Source: a virus
Virus record (IMG/VR): IMGVR_UViG_3300025151_000017
Coordinates: 1-64,000 of that record
Direction: 5' to 3' (one strand)
Length of the DNA: 64,000 nucleotides
The translations under genes and the position numbers were made by a program. Within the stretch, counting starts at the first letter, position 1. The number at the start of each line of letters is the position of its first letter. The notes under the pieces are model-generated. The model worked only from the letters and a program-made list of their open reading frames with translations. It did not search any database and was not told the DNA's origin. This document shows, one piece after another, positions 1-9,300 of this stretch.

Positions 1-2
1 TT

Positions 3-2288
3 AGAACTACTGATAACGAAGTACCTTCTACAAAGATTGTTCCTTTCTCACAAGTTATACTACAACCAGCTGATATTAATGTCAGTACTAATGGTTCTGC
101 TGCAACAACTTTCACATTCCCATCACCAATTTATTTACAAGAGAATGAAAGTTATGCACTAGTTGTAAAAGTTGATGAGCCAGGATGTGAAGCATTTATT
201 TCAGAACTTGGTGGAACTGATTTACTTACTGAAAACATTGTAGGTATTCAGCCACTAACTGGTTCGCTTTACTTATCACAAAACTCTAGAGAGTTTGAAA
301 TTAATCCACTATTAGATCTTAAGTTTGATTTAAAACAAGCTGAATTTACTACTAATACAAATGGTACAGTACAACTAAAAGCAAACCCTGCTGAAACTGT
401 CACACTTGCTAAGGATCCTTTCCAGTTTACTGCTGGATCTGAATTAGTAAGAGTACACCAAAAGAATCATGGTTTTTCTGCAGGCGATATAGTAATGATT
501 GATGGAGTTGCTGATGGATTATATGGAGCAAACTCTGGTACATTTGGTGCAAGTCAAGATCTATTAAATGGTGCTCACACTATTCAGTCACAAGGTTTAC
601 AAAAAGATTCTTATGTAATTGACTTAGAAACAGTCGACGCAAACAATAATGATATACTGGATGGAGCAACTACTGACTTTATTACAGGCAGACATGGTGG
701 CACTGGTGTAAGTGCTTCAAGACAACTTACTGCTGACGCACTATATGTTAAGACTGAAGACTTAGATTTTGATGACACAAAATTATCTTATACTGTAAAT
801 GCTACGAATACTGCTGGTACAGCAAGTGGTAATAAACCTATTGTGACAAATGCTACTTATCAGTTTAGTGATAGGAAAGTAGTTAAGTCTTTTGAAAACC
901 AAACTACAGTGTCAACAACACCACTAATTAAAACTCCGACACTAACATTAGATGCTACTATGAGCACTACTAATAAAAACATTTCTCCTGTAATTGATTT
1001 ACAGAAGCTCGGTGCTTATGCGATTACTAACTTAGTGGACAGTCCAACCAATGCTATTAATGTTTCAGCAATTGACCAGAAAAAATTAATTAACACTGGA
1101 GATATAGGTGTAGCATTATCAACTTCTTCTGGAACTGGAACTATTACTACCACTTCAGCTAGTCCTACTGTTGCTGGTCAAGGCACTGCCTTTACAAGAC
1201 AAGTATCAGTCGGAGATACATTAACTGTATCTGCTGGTGCAATCGGTAGAGTTAAGAGTATCGCTAGTGATACATCTTTAACACTTTGTGCTAACACTGC
1301 TCAGGTTGCTACTACAGGAACTTTCCAAATAACATCAGATCCAGTAATTACATTTAAACATGGAGCAAAAGGTATTGAGTCAAATATAGATGCGATTGAT
1401 AATCTACTTGACAATGTTAAAGCAGGGAGTCAGTTGTTCTTAACTAATGTACACCCAGAATTAAATGGAGCGATTGATGTAGAATCAATTACTACTAGTT
1501 CAAGCACATTACCATTCGGTGGTAATGAAGAGCTAGATAAAGTCACTATAAATAAAACTGCAAACTTTAATTTTGCTGAAGCAAATGATATTAAAGTTGA
1601 TGTTGCTCAAAACTTTACTGAGCAAGTTGCTTCGTTTACTGTGACTTCACTAACAAGTTCAATTAATGTCACAGCATCTAGTTCAGTAGATGGTAAGCTA
1701 GTTGCTGGTGATATACTATGTATAGAAGATGCTGATGGTGCTGGCTCAGTTGTGACTGTAGGTGGTGTACAGATATTTAACAAAACTGTTCTTGGTACTG
1801 TAGCATCAGTAAATGGTACAAACATTGCATTAGAAGCTAATGCGACTGCTGCACTTACAGCTAAGAATATTGTAATAAGAAAAGATATATCAGCTACAAC
1901 ATTCAACATATCTACTATGGAAGAGTTTGTTGCTGATACTGCTCCAGTTGGTGCTACTAACTTAGCAAACTATGTCACTAGAACATTAGAGTTGACTAAC
2001 CCAGCTGACGCATTAAAAATTATTTTCGATGCTAATATACCGAAAGCAACTGACATAGATGTTTACTATAAAGCATTCTCAGGTGATACAGATCCTAATA
2101 CTTTAAATTGGATTGATACTGGGTTTACTGTGTCTAGTAAAGATGCTGAAGGTGAATTTAAAGAAAGAAATTTAGAAGTAAGTAATATTCCTGAATTTAC
2201 AAAAGTTGTCATCAAGATTGTAATGAAATCTACTGAGTCAGCTTCTGTACCGAAAGTTCAGGCATTTAGATTAATTTGTCATAGTTAG
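3..2288 (+). CDS. Large virion structural protein (VrlC/DUF4815-like), 5'-truncated by the window edge
   Basis: The frame of ORF 495..2288 is open back to position 3 (RTTDNEVPSTKIVPFSQV...ATTFTFPSPIYLQ). It ends ...FTKVVIKIVMKSTESASVPKVQAFRLIC, typical of the large baseplate-region protein of marine T4-like phages. Confidence 0.7.
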   Translation, partial: RTTDNEVPSTKIVPFSQVILQPADINVSTNGSAATTFTFPSPIYLQENESYALVVKVDEPGCEAFISELGGTDLLTENIVGIQPLTGSLYLSQNSREFEINPLLDLKFDLKQAEFTTNTNGTVQLKANPAETVTLAKDPFQFTAGSELVRVHQKNHGFSAGDIVMIDGVADGLYGANSGTFGASQDLLNGAHTIQSQGLQKDSYVIDLETVDANNNDILDGATTDFITGRHGGTGVSASRQLTADALYVKTEDLDFDDTKLSYTVNATNTAGTASGNKPIVTNATYQFSDRKVVKSFENQTTVSTTPLIKTPTLTLDATMSTTNKNISPVIDLQKLGAYAITNLVDSPTNAINVSAIDQKKLINTGDIGVALSTSSGTGTITTTSASPTVAGQGTAFTRQVSVGDTLTVSAGAIGRVKSIASDTSLTLCANTAQVATTGTFQITSDPVITFKHGAKGIESNIDAIDNLLDNVKAGSQLFLTNVHPELNGAIDVESITTSSSTLPFGGNEELDKVTINKTANFNFAEANDIKVDVAQNFTEQVASFTVTSLTSSINVTASSSVDGKLVAGDILCIEDADGAGSVVTVGGVQIFNKTVLGTVASVNGTNIALEANATAALTAKNIVIRKDISATTFNISTMEEFVADTAPVGATNLANYVTRTLELTNPADALKIIFDANIPKATDIDVYYKAFSGDTDPNTLNWIDTGFTVSSKDAEGEFKERNLEVSNIPEFTKVVIKIVMKSTESASVPKVQAFRLICHS

Positions 2289-2290
2289 AG

Positions 2291-2524
2291 GTGAGTATGT
2301 TTGTAGGAACGAAAGTAGAAGGGGAGCCAGACTTAATAAAGGATCCTAAGAGTAAAGGTATAATTAATACCAACCAGACTGCTTATCAAAGATATAAGAG
2401 TCATCAGAAAAGTAAAATATCAGAACTTGCTGAAAGAGAAGCTATGAAACAAGAAATAAATACTTTAAAGGATGATGTAAAAGACATAAAGAATATGTTA
2501 ATTAAACTCACGGAGAAACTATAA
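2291..2524 (+). CDS. Conserved small phage protein with C-terminal coiled coil
   Basis: KVEGEPDLIKDPKSKGIINTN motif and EINTLKDDVKDIKNML coil; usual neighbour of VrlC-like genes. Confidence 0.6.
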   Translation: MSMFVGTKVEGEPDLIKDPKSKGIINTNQTAYQRYKSHQKSKISELAEREAMKQEINTLKDDVKDIKNMLIKLTEKL

Positions 2525-2733
2525 TGGCAAAAGAAGCTGCAGTCGCACAGGTAAGTCAGAATGAAACTTTTGACCAGTGGCGAATAAAAACGAATTTGAA
2601 TATAACTAAGGGAAACAACCAAGAAGATAAACTTGGTGACTTAGCTTTATTAGAAAATGGAGAGTCGGATTTAACTTCGGCTGTTAATAACGCAAGAGAT
2701 TATTCAATAGCAATGAGCATTGCACTTGGTTAG
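2524..2733 (+). CDS. Small fibre/collar-associated protein (TFDQWRxKTN N-terminus, SIAMSIALG C-terminus)
   Basis: ORF is coupled to the upstream gene; both motifs are common in T4-like fibre proteins. Confidence 0.55.
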   Translation: MAKEAAVAQVSQNETFDQWRIKTNLNITKGNNQEDKLGDLALLENGESDLTSAVNNARDYSIAMSIALG

Positions 2734-2756
2734 TCTTTAAGAAAAGGGAAAATTAA

Positions 2757-3080
2757 ATGGCAAATGATTTTAAAAATGGATTGGCTAAGGATGTTGGGAC
2801 CTCGCCTGTCACACTATATACTGCTCCCAGCTTAAAGCAAAGCATCGTTATAGAGTGCGATCTTGCTAACACTACTTCAGCGACAGTCACTGCTGATGTC
2901 TTCATCACTTCAGGTGGTGTTGACCATTTCATTGTAAAGAATGCACCTATCCCAACAGGTGGTACTTTACAAGTGATATCAAATCAGAAAGTGGTACTTG
3001 ATGGAAACCAAGTATTAAAAGTCCAAGGTAATACAGCAAGTTCAATTGATGCTATTGCTTCAATCTTAGAAGATGTATAG
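2757..3080 (+). CDS. Conserved virion-associated beta-sandwich protein (MANxFKN family)
   Basis: MANDFKN...TLYTAP...IVKNAPIPTGGTL...ASILE; purine-rich RBS. Confidence 0.6.
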   Translation: MANDFKNGLAKDVGTSPVTLYTAPSLKQSIVIECDLANTTSATVTADVFITSGGVDHFIVKNAPIPTGGTLQVISNQKVVLDGNQVLKVQGNTASSIDAIASILEDV

Positions 3081-3090
3081 GAAATAAACT

Positions 3091-5340
3091 ATGTCGTATA
3101 TCGGATCTAGAGTCACAAACGCATCGACTACTCTGGCTCGTCCTAGAGATGAGTTCGAGTGTTCAGGTAATGAAAAAGCATTTAAGCTAAGTCAGATTGT
3201 TCCAGGAGCATTTGAATCTAATGTTCAAGTTGTTCTTGGCAATGTTATACAAGAACCAGTTTCCGCATATACTATTCAAGATGTTTACAGATTAACATAT
3301 TCAAACTTATCATTAACTACTGGAGCATCTCAACCCAAACGAGGAGATTTACTTACACAGGGTGCAAACACTTTTCTAGTTGTAGATGCTACCACAGGAA
3401 TCTTAGATGTGATGGCAGCAACTGCTGGTGGTGCTGCACCAACTACTGGCTCTGGTTTAACTTTAAATATACCTAACATTGATTTTGGTATTGATGAACA
3501 AGTTAAACATAATGATGAAACGATTTCATATACTACTGGAACAATTACAGGAATTAGTGTTGTACAAGGTGGTGGCTCAGGTTATACAACCTCTGATACA
3601 ATTTTTATAGGTGCACCAAATATTGGTGGTAATGAAAGAGCTACTGCTACTCTCTCAGTTTCTGCAACAGGTGTAGTACAATCTATTACAGTCACGAATG
3701 CTGGTAAAGGTTATGTGGTTGCTCCAGCTGTGACTATTACTTCTTCAGGAAGTGGTACTAACGCAACTGCTACTGCTACTATAAACTCTGACGGAGGAGT
3801 TGAGTCTATTACTGTAGATTCAGGTGGTTCAGGTTATGACTTTATTTCTACAACTGTCACTATTGAAAATGCTACGAGTGGTGGTCGTCAAGCAACTGCA
3901 TCTATCACAAGTGTAGATGGAAGTGGTTCTATCACAGGTGTATCACTAACTGATGCTGGTACAGGTTATACTGCTAAACCAATTATTGGTGTGACTACAG
4001 GTGGTGTTGCAACTACAACAGGTACAGGTACGATTGCTATGGCTGGTAATACTGCAACTGTCACAGGTACAAATACTACCTTTACTTCACAACTAACAGT
4101 AGGACAAGCATTATTTGTTGGTGAACAAACTTTAGGATTTATTGACGCAATTGCTAGTGATACTTCACTAACATTAAAAACTACTATCGACCAAGCTATA
4201 GAAGATACAGGTTTCTCATTTGCAACAAGAGCAGAATTAGATTTAACTTTTATAGGAGACGAAGCAACATTACAAGTTGATTCTGTAGAAACTCTTCCAT
4301 CACAAGGATTATATTTTAATGGAGTACCAAGACCTGGAGAAAATTTATACATTAAACACGAAGGTGGTTCAAGTTTTCAACAAGTACCTGCTGCTGGATC
4401 TGTCACAGAAGATAGTCTATCAACAAATTTAAAAGCATTTACTGTAGATAAGTTTACTACATCTGGTGCAAGTACAAATACATTTACCTTGTCTAAAACT
4501 CCAGCAAGTGGTAATGCTATTCTAGTTGTTATTAATGGTTCAGTACAAACTGAAACTACACACTACTCTGTATCTGGTACGACTCTAACATTAGTCACTC
4601 CATTATCTGCAGGTGTGACTGTCACAGTTGTACATTTAGGATTCGGTACAGTATCAAGAAACGCATTCGTAGATGGTACACTAACTGCTTCAGCATTTAC
4701 TGACTTGTCTATGACTGGAAATAAAATAGCAAACAACACAATAGATGGTACGAAACTTGCTGTTGGTGCAGTTGTTTCTCATTTAGGATTTAACCCAGTT
4801 GCTTCTAATGCAGGTACTGCTCAATCAATTGATTCTCAACTAAACTTATCCGCAGCACTGGATATGTCTGCTGCCACTTCAGGACAAATTAGATTTCCTG
4901 CTTCACAAAATAATTCAACTAATGCTGAAACCTTAGACGATTACAGAGAAAGTTCATTAGCATCAGTATTAGGTTTCGGTGGTAATCAAGTTGGAATGAA
5001 TATGGGTGCTACTGCTGTAAATACATCTTACTTTACGAAAATTGGTAATATAGTTATGCTGAATATGGAGATGACTCTTACAGCAAAAGGTTCAAGCACA
5101 GGAAACGCAGAAATAGTATTACCTATTGTTTCTGACTCAGCAGGGGATGCTATTATTCCTATCTGGTTTGAGAATATGGCTTCAGGACTTACAAGTATGA
5201 TTGGAAGAATAGAAGGTGGCTCACAATCTCTTAAATTATTTAAAAGAGATACTGATGGTGAGTACACTGCTTGTACTGAAGCAGACTTTACTGATACTTC
5301 ACACCTGATTGGTTCAGGTACTTATAGAAGTGCAACATAA
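3091..5340 (+). CDS. Tail fibre / virion structural protein with ITVTxGGxGY repeats
   Basis: MSYIG start, Thr/Gly/Ser-rich repeats, C-terminal LDDYRE...YFTKIGNIV receptor-binding-type domain. Confidence 0.7.
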   Translation: MSYIGSRVTNASTTLARPRDEFECSGNEKAFKLSQIVPGAFESNVQVVLGNVIQEPVSAYTIQDVYRLTYSNLSLTTGASQPKRGDLLTQGANTFLVVDATTGILDVMAATAGGAAPTTGSGLTLNIPNIDFGIDEQVKHNDETISYTTGTITGISVVQGGGSGYTTSDTIFIGAPNIGGNERATATLSVSATGVVQSITVTNAGKGYVVAPAVTITSSGSGTNATATATINSDGGVESITVDSGGSGYDFISTTVTIENATSGGRQATASITSVDGSGSITGVSLTDAGTGYTAKPIIGVTTGGVATTTGTGTIAMAGNTATVTGTNTTFTSQLTVGQALFVGEQTLGFIDAIASDTSLTLKTTIDQAIEDTGFSFATRAELDLTFIGDEATLQVDSVETLPSQGLYFNGVPRPGENLYIKHEGGSSFQQVPAAGSVTEDSLSTNLKAFTVDKFTTSGASTNTFTLSKTPASGNAILVVINGSVQTETTHYSVSGTTLTLVTPLSAGVTVTVVHLGFGTVSRNAFVDGTLTASAFTDLSMTGNKIANNTIDGTKLAVGAVVSHLGFNPVASNAGTAQSIDSQLNLSAALDMSAATSGQIRFPASQNNSTNAETLDDYRESSLASVLGFGGNQVGMNMGATAVNTSYFTKIGNIVMLNMEMTLTAKGSSTGNAEIVLPIVSDSAGDAIIPIWFENMASGLTSMIGRIEGGSQSLKLFKRDTDGEYTACTEADFTDTSHLIGSGTYRSAT

Positions 5341-5341
5341 A

Positions 5342-5348
5342 CTAAATA
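5342..5348 (+). promoter_or_regulatory. T4-type late promoter (CTAAATA)
   Basis: TAAATA core ~20 nt upstream of the ATG at 5368. The same motif occurs at 6169, 12446, 17033, 22236, 23978, 26707, 30450, 30861, 31238, 49385 and 63524; gp55 is present. Confidence 0.65.
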
Positions 5349-5367
5349 GGTTGTAAGAGGAATTAAA

Positions 5368-5598
5368 ATGCCAATATCAAGAGTTAAAGGTCAAAGTTTA
5401 GATAAAAATATAGAACTGCAAGGGGAAAAACTTAGATTCCCTATCGGTACTGAAGCTAATAGACCAGCACCTGCTAAAAAGGGAGACTTACGATACAATT
5501 CTGATGTAGACAAAACTGAAGTATATAATGGAAATAACTGGGATGTATATAATTCACAAGCTGTTTCCATCGCTTTGTCTATCGGCTTAGGAGGTTAG
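5368..5598 (+). CDS. Small fibre-associated protein (PxGTxAxRP...GDLRYN...EVYNG repeat; SIALSIGLGG end)
   Basis: Motif typical of T4-like fibre/baseplate proteins; GAGGA RBS. Confidence 0.6.
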   Translation: MPISRVKGQSLDKNIELQGEKLRFPIGTEANRPAPAKKGDLRYNSDVDKTEVYNGNNWDVYNSQAVSIALSIGLGG

Positions 5599-5600
5599 TA

Positions 5601-6305
5601 ATGCACATTAATGTGCATGAAGATGACCAATGGTCATGGGAGATAATTGCTGCTAGAGCAAAACAAAACTTCATGGTCACTAAAGCTACTGGCACGAAAG
5701 GTCAGACTGGAGTCATTGGGATTCCAAATATTGAAAAGTGTACATTAACTTGCGTACACACTGGGTTTATAGAAATACTTGATGAAGAAAAACAAGTATT
5801 GGGTACTATGGGTCCTGGAGCAAAGTTTCATTATAAGATACTTGAACAAGGTATCTCAGCAATGAAGCCAGAGTTAGGAAGAGTCGATTACTTAGGGAAA
5901 CCGATTCCTCCTCCAGAAGTTTGTGAGAGAGTTGCGAGTTATACTCATGTTCTTTTACGAACTGCTAGTGAAGAGAGTGTATTTTATTGTTGTCACGATC
6001 CTAAGGATATGTTTATATGGGAAGGTGACAATTATGCTTTCGGGAACTTTTCAGGTTTTGATACCGATTGGGATTTAGAACTTGGTTCCGAGTTTGTAGT
6101 TGAACCAGAGATGAACAAATACTTTTTTGCTTACTCTGATAATCTAGAAATTAATGGAAAGAAAGTACCTAAATATAACAAAATAAACTCTTACATTTAT
6201 GATGAACCCATGAGGATAAGAGGTGGCGAAGGAGATGCTTTCTCCATCTTTTCACAAGAGGGTATGTATAAAGAAACAAGTGGTAATCGAAGATACCAAA
6301 TTTAA
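5601..6305 (+). CDS. Hypothetical protein
   Basis: 234-aa ORF with GGAGG RBS; globular composition unlike its neighbours. Confidence 0.5.
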   Translation: MHINVHEDDQWSWEIIAARAKQNFMVTKATGTKGQTGVIGIPNIEKCTLTCVHTGFIEILDEEKQVLGTMGPGAKFHYKILEQGISAMKPELGRVDYLGKPIPPPEVCERVASYTHVLLRTASEESVFYCCHDPKDMFIWEGDNYAFGNFSGFDTDWDLELGSEFVVEPEMNKYFFAYSDNLEINGKKVPKYNKINSYIYDEPMRIRGGEGDAFSIFSQEGMYKETSGNRRYQI

Positions 6306-6321
6306 TTTATAGGAAGAACTA

Positions 6322-9300
6322 ATGGCAAAAAAACTCATCGCTACAGGTTATACGATTAATGCAGCACAGAATCAAATTACTGTGCCAGGCATTATTCAAC
6401 CAGTCCGTTTGCTATTGATTACAGATATCAATAACAACAAAATTTTATATAACTTCGCAGACCCTGCAACAGGATTATCTAACTTTGCATATAACTATAC
6501 TGCGGATACTACAACTTTCACTACGCAGTTAGATCTATCTGCTGCTGGTGTACAGAACTCTCACGGACTACAGATATTTTACGAAACAGATTTCCCAAGA
6601 ACTGGATTCGAGGAAGCGATGCTCGATCCTGTCAACAAGTTAAGAGTTTCAAATCCTGAGAACTTAATTGATACTGACTTTGAATATGGTCTTCAATCTT
6701 CGAAGTGGGAGACTCTACAAACAGTTTTAAATATTCCTACGATCTTCTCTCAGTCTGGGGATGTACCTCTTGAGCAACTTGCTTCAATTACAACTACTGC
6801 AAACTCTAAACAAGTTAGAGTGACAACTACTGCTAACTCTGGATTATCACTAGGAGATCCGATTCTAGTACAGGGTACTACACTAAATGCTGCAGATGGT
6901 TTCTTCCTAGTATCTGGTTTAACAAACCAATTAGAATTCTTTTATGAAATGGATAATGCTGCAGAATCTAATGCAACTATTTCAGGTTCATATACTTCAG
7001 TTATCCCTGCTAAATTCTTCGAGGGATCTAACTTAAATATTGATTTAACAAGTACTGCTATTGAAACTGATGGAGCAAACCCATCTACAATGACAGTGAC
7101 TACTGCTGAAACGCACGGACTTAAAGCTGGTACAAGAGTATATCTAAGACAAACAGTTGGTCCGAAAAACTTAAGAATAGCAGATCCTACTGCCAATGGT
7201 GGTATTGCACCTGATGGTGCACCATGGGTTGATACTCGTGCTACTATTACAACAACCACTACTGTAGATGCTACGACTGCTATCGGTGGTGGGGGAGCTC
7301 AAGAGTTTCCTGTTGTCACTTGGGACTGGGAAGGTACATATAACTTGTATCTACAGTCTTCAATGATTAATACTAGTACCGATAGAATTACATGGACTTC
7401 TCACGGATTCGCAGATAATGCTGCACTACTTTTCCAAACACAAATTAGAGGTCAAACAAATGGTGGTCTAGTAGATGGTACAGTTTACTATGTAAATGTT
7501 GTAGACGCAAATACAATCGAATTATATTCTGACTATGGTACTCTTGGTTCAAGAATGAATCTAACTTCTTTTGATTTTACTAGAGGGCATCCTAGATTAA
7601 CACTAGTATATAAAATTGAAGGAAACAATGGTACGCAAAGGTTTACTGCTTTCTATAAGAGAAACCTGAGAACAGGTATTAACTTCTCTAACGCACAGCC
7701 AACTCAGAATACTACTAATACGCAATCATTTCAATTTAGTATTACCTCTTCAGGTTATACACCGATTAAAGCAACCCTTACAAGAATTTATTATAATGGT
7801 AATTTAAATGATAGTGATGAAACAGTTGCTGTTTCAATACAGGCTAGAAACTATCTAGGACTTGGATCTAATAACTATACAGTCACTGTTGGTGGTGTAG
7901 GTGCTTCTACAGGAAACCTATATCCTAATGCAGATGTGACTCGTTGTATTTTCCAACAAGGTTCTAACTTCTACTTAACAACTTCATATACTCCAACTTC
8001 TTCAGTTATTGAAACTGACAAAGCTGGTACTGTGACTACAAGCTATCAATTAACATTTTATGCTACCACTGAAGAACTACCAACTTCAATGAACACAGCT
8101 CACTCTGGTTCTGACTTGGCAGCTGGTAATAATAACTTTGGTCTAGGTGGTTCACAAGGTTCTAAATTATTTGCATTTACTGGAAGAACTTCAGGTGGTT
8201 CAGCAGGTACATCTGCTGATAACTACGCAAATAATAATGACCCAGCAAGATTCGGTACAGGTATTCTAAGGCAGACTGGTGGAGCAACTGCTTCGTCAGT
8301 ATCAGGTATTATTACTGTAAACCAGAACGATGCTAACGCAGAAGATTATGTAGGTAATAGCACGCATGTTTACTATGGGTTTGCTAACGAATTAACTTCT
8401 TACAGAAATACTATCTATGCACAATCGCATAACTTTATTGATGGTAATACTGCTGTAATTACTGTAAACTCATACTCTACTACTAACAGATTTGAGTTCG
8501 TTGACTCTTCAGGAAATAATGTTCCGATTACTTCTAGTCAGTTTAATGCTACGATTACTGTTATATCAGCTGACTACTTTAGATTACAGATTTCTCAATC
8601 ACCGAATACTGATGATATATCAGCATTCCCTGAAAGTTTCTCAGTGGCTACTGCAACACCGAATGCCACTTATAACTCAGTTTATATTTCAAACCACAAA
8701 TTAACAGGTGGTAATTTATCCACTTACTCAACTACTGGTACTGTTATCGGTGGTCTAACAGGTGGGTCAAACTATACTCTACAATACTTAAACGACTCTA
8801 GACTTATCATTAAAGATCCAAACATCTCTGGTGGTAGTGGTTCAGCTACTACTGCAGCATTTGGTTCTACTTCGAACAATGCGTCTCAGTCGTTTACTGT
8901 AGATCTTGAAACACCTTTGGGACTAACTCCATCAACTGCTACGATTACTCAAGTACAGTATAGAGGTGACTTTAGAAATAATTCTGAGTATGTTGATTTA
9001 ACATTCTCTGATAACGATACTTATAGGATTGGTTCAACAGGTGGTCAGGATACTAACCAGTTCTTGATTGACTCTTCCTTTGGTTCTAAAAATGTTTCAA
9101 ACCTATTAACAGGTTCTCCAAAAGGTATTCAAGTCACAGTAAGTCCATCCTCTCAGGTAAACTTTGCTGTATCAGGTATGTCAAACTGGTGGGAACTAAG
9201 ATTCGCAGTGACTGCTGCATCTGGTGATGTTATTCTAACATCTGCTGGTACTGGTGAGCAATTATTTGAATTGGCTGCAAACGAAGGTGCATACGATGGT

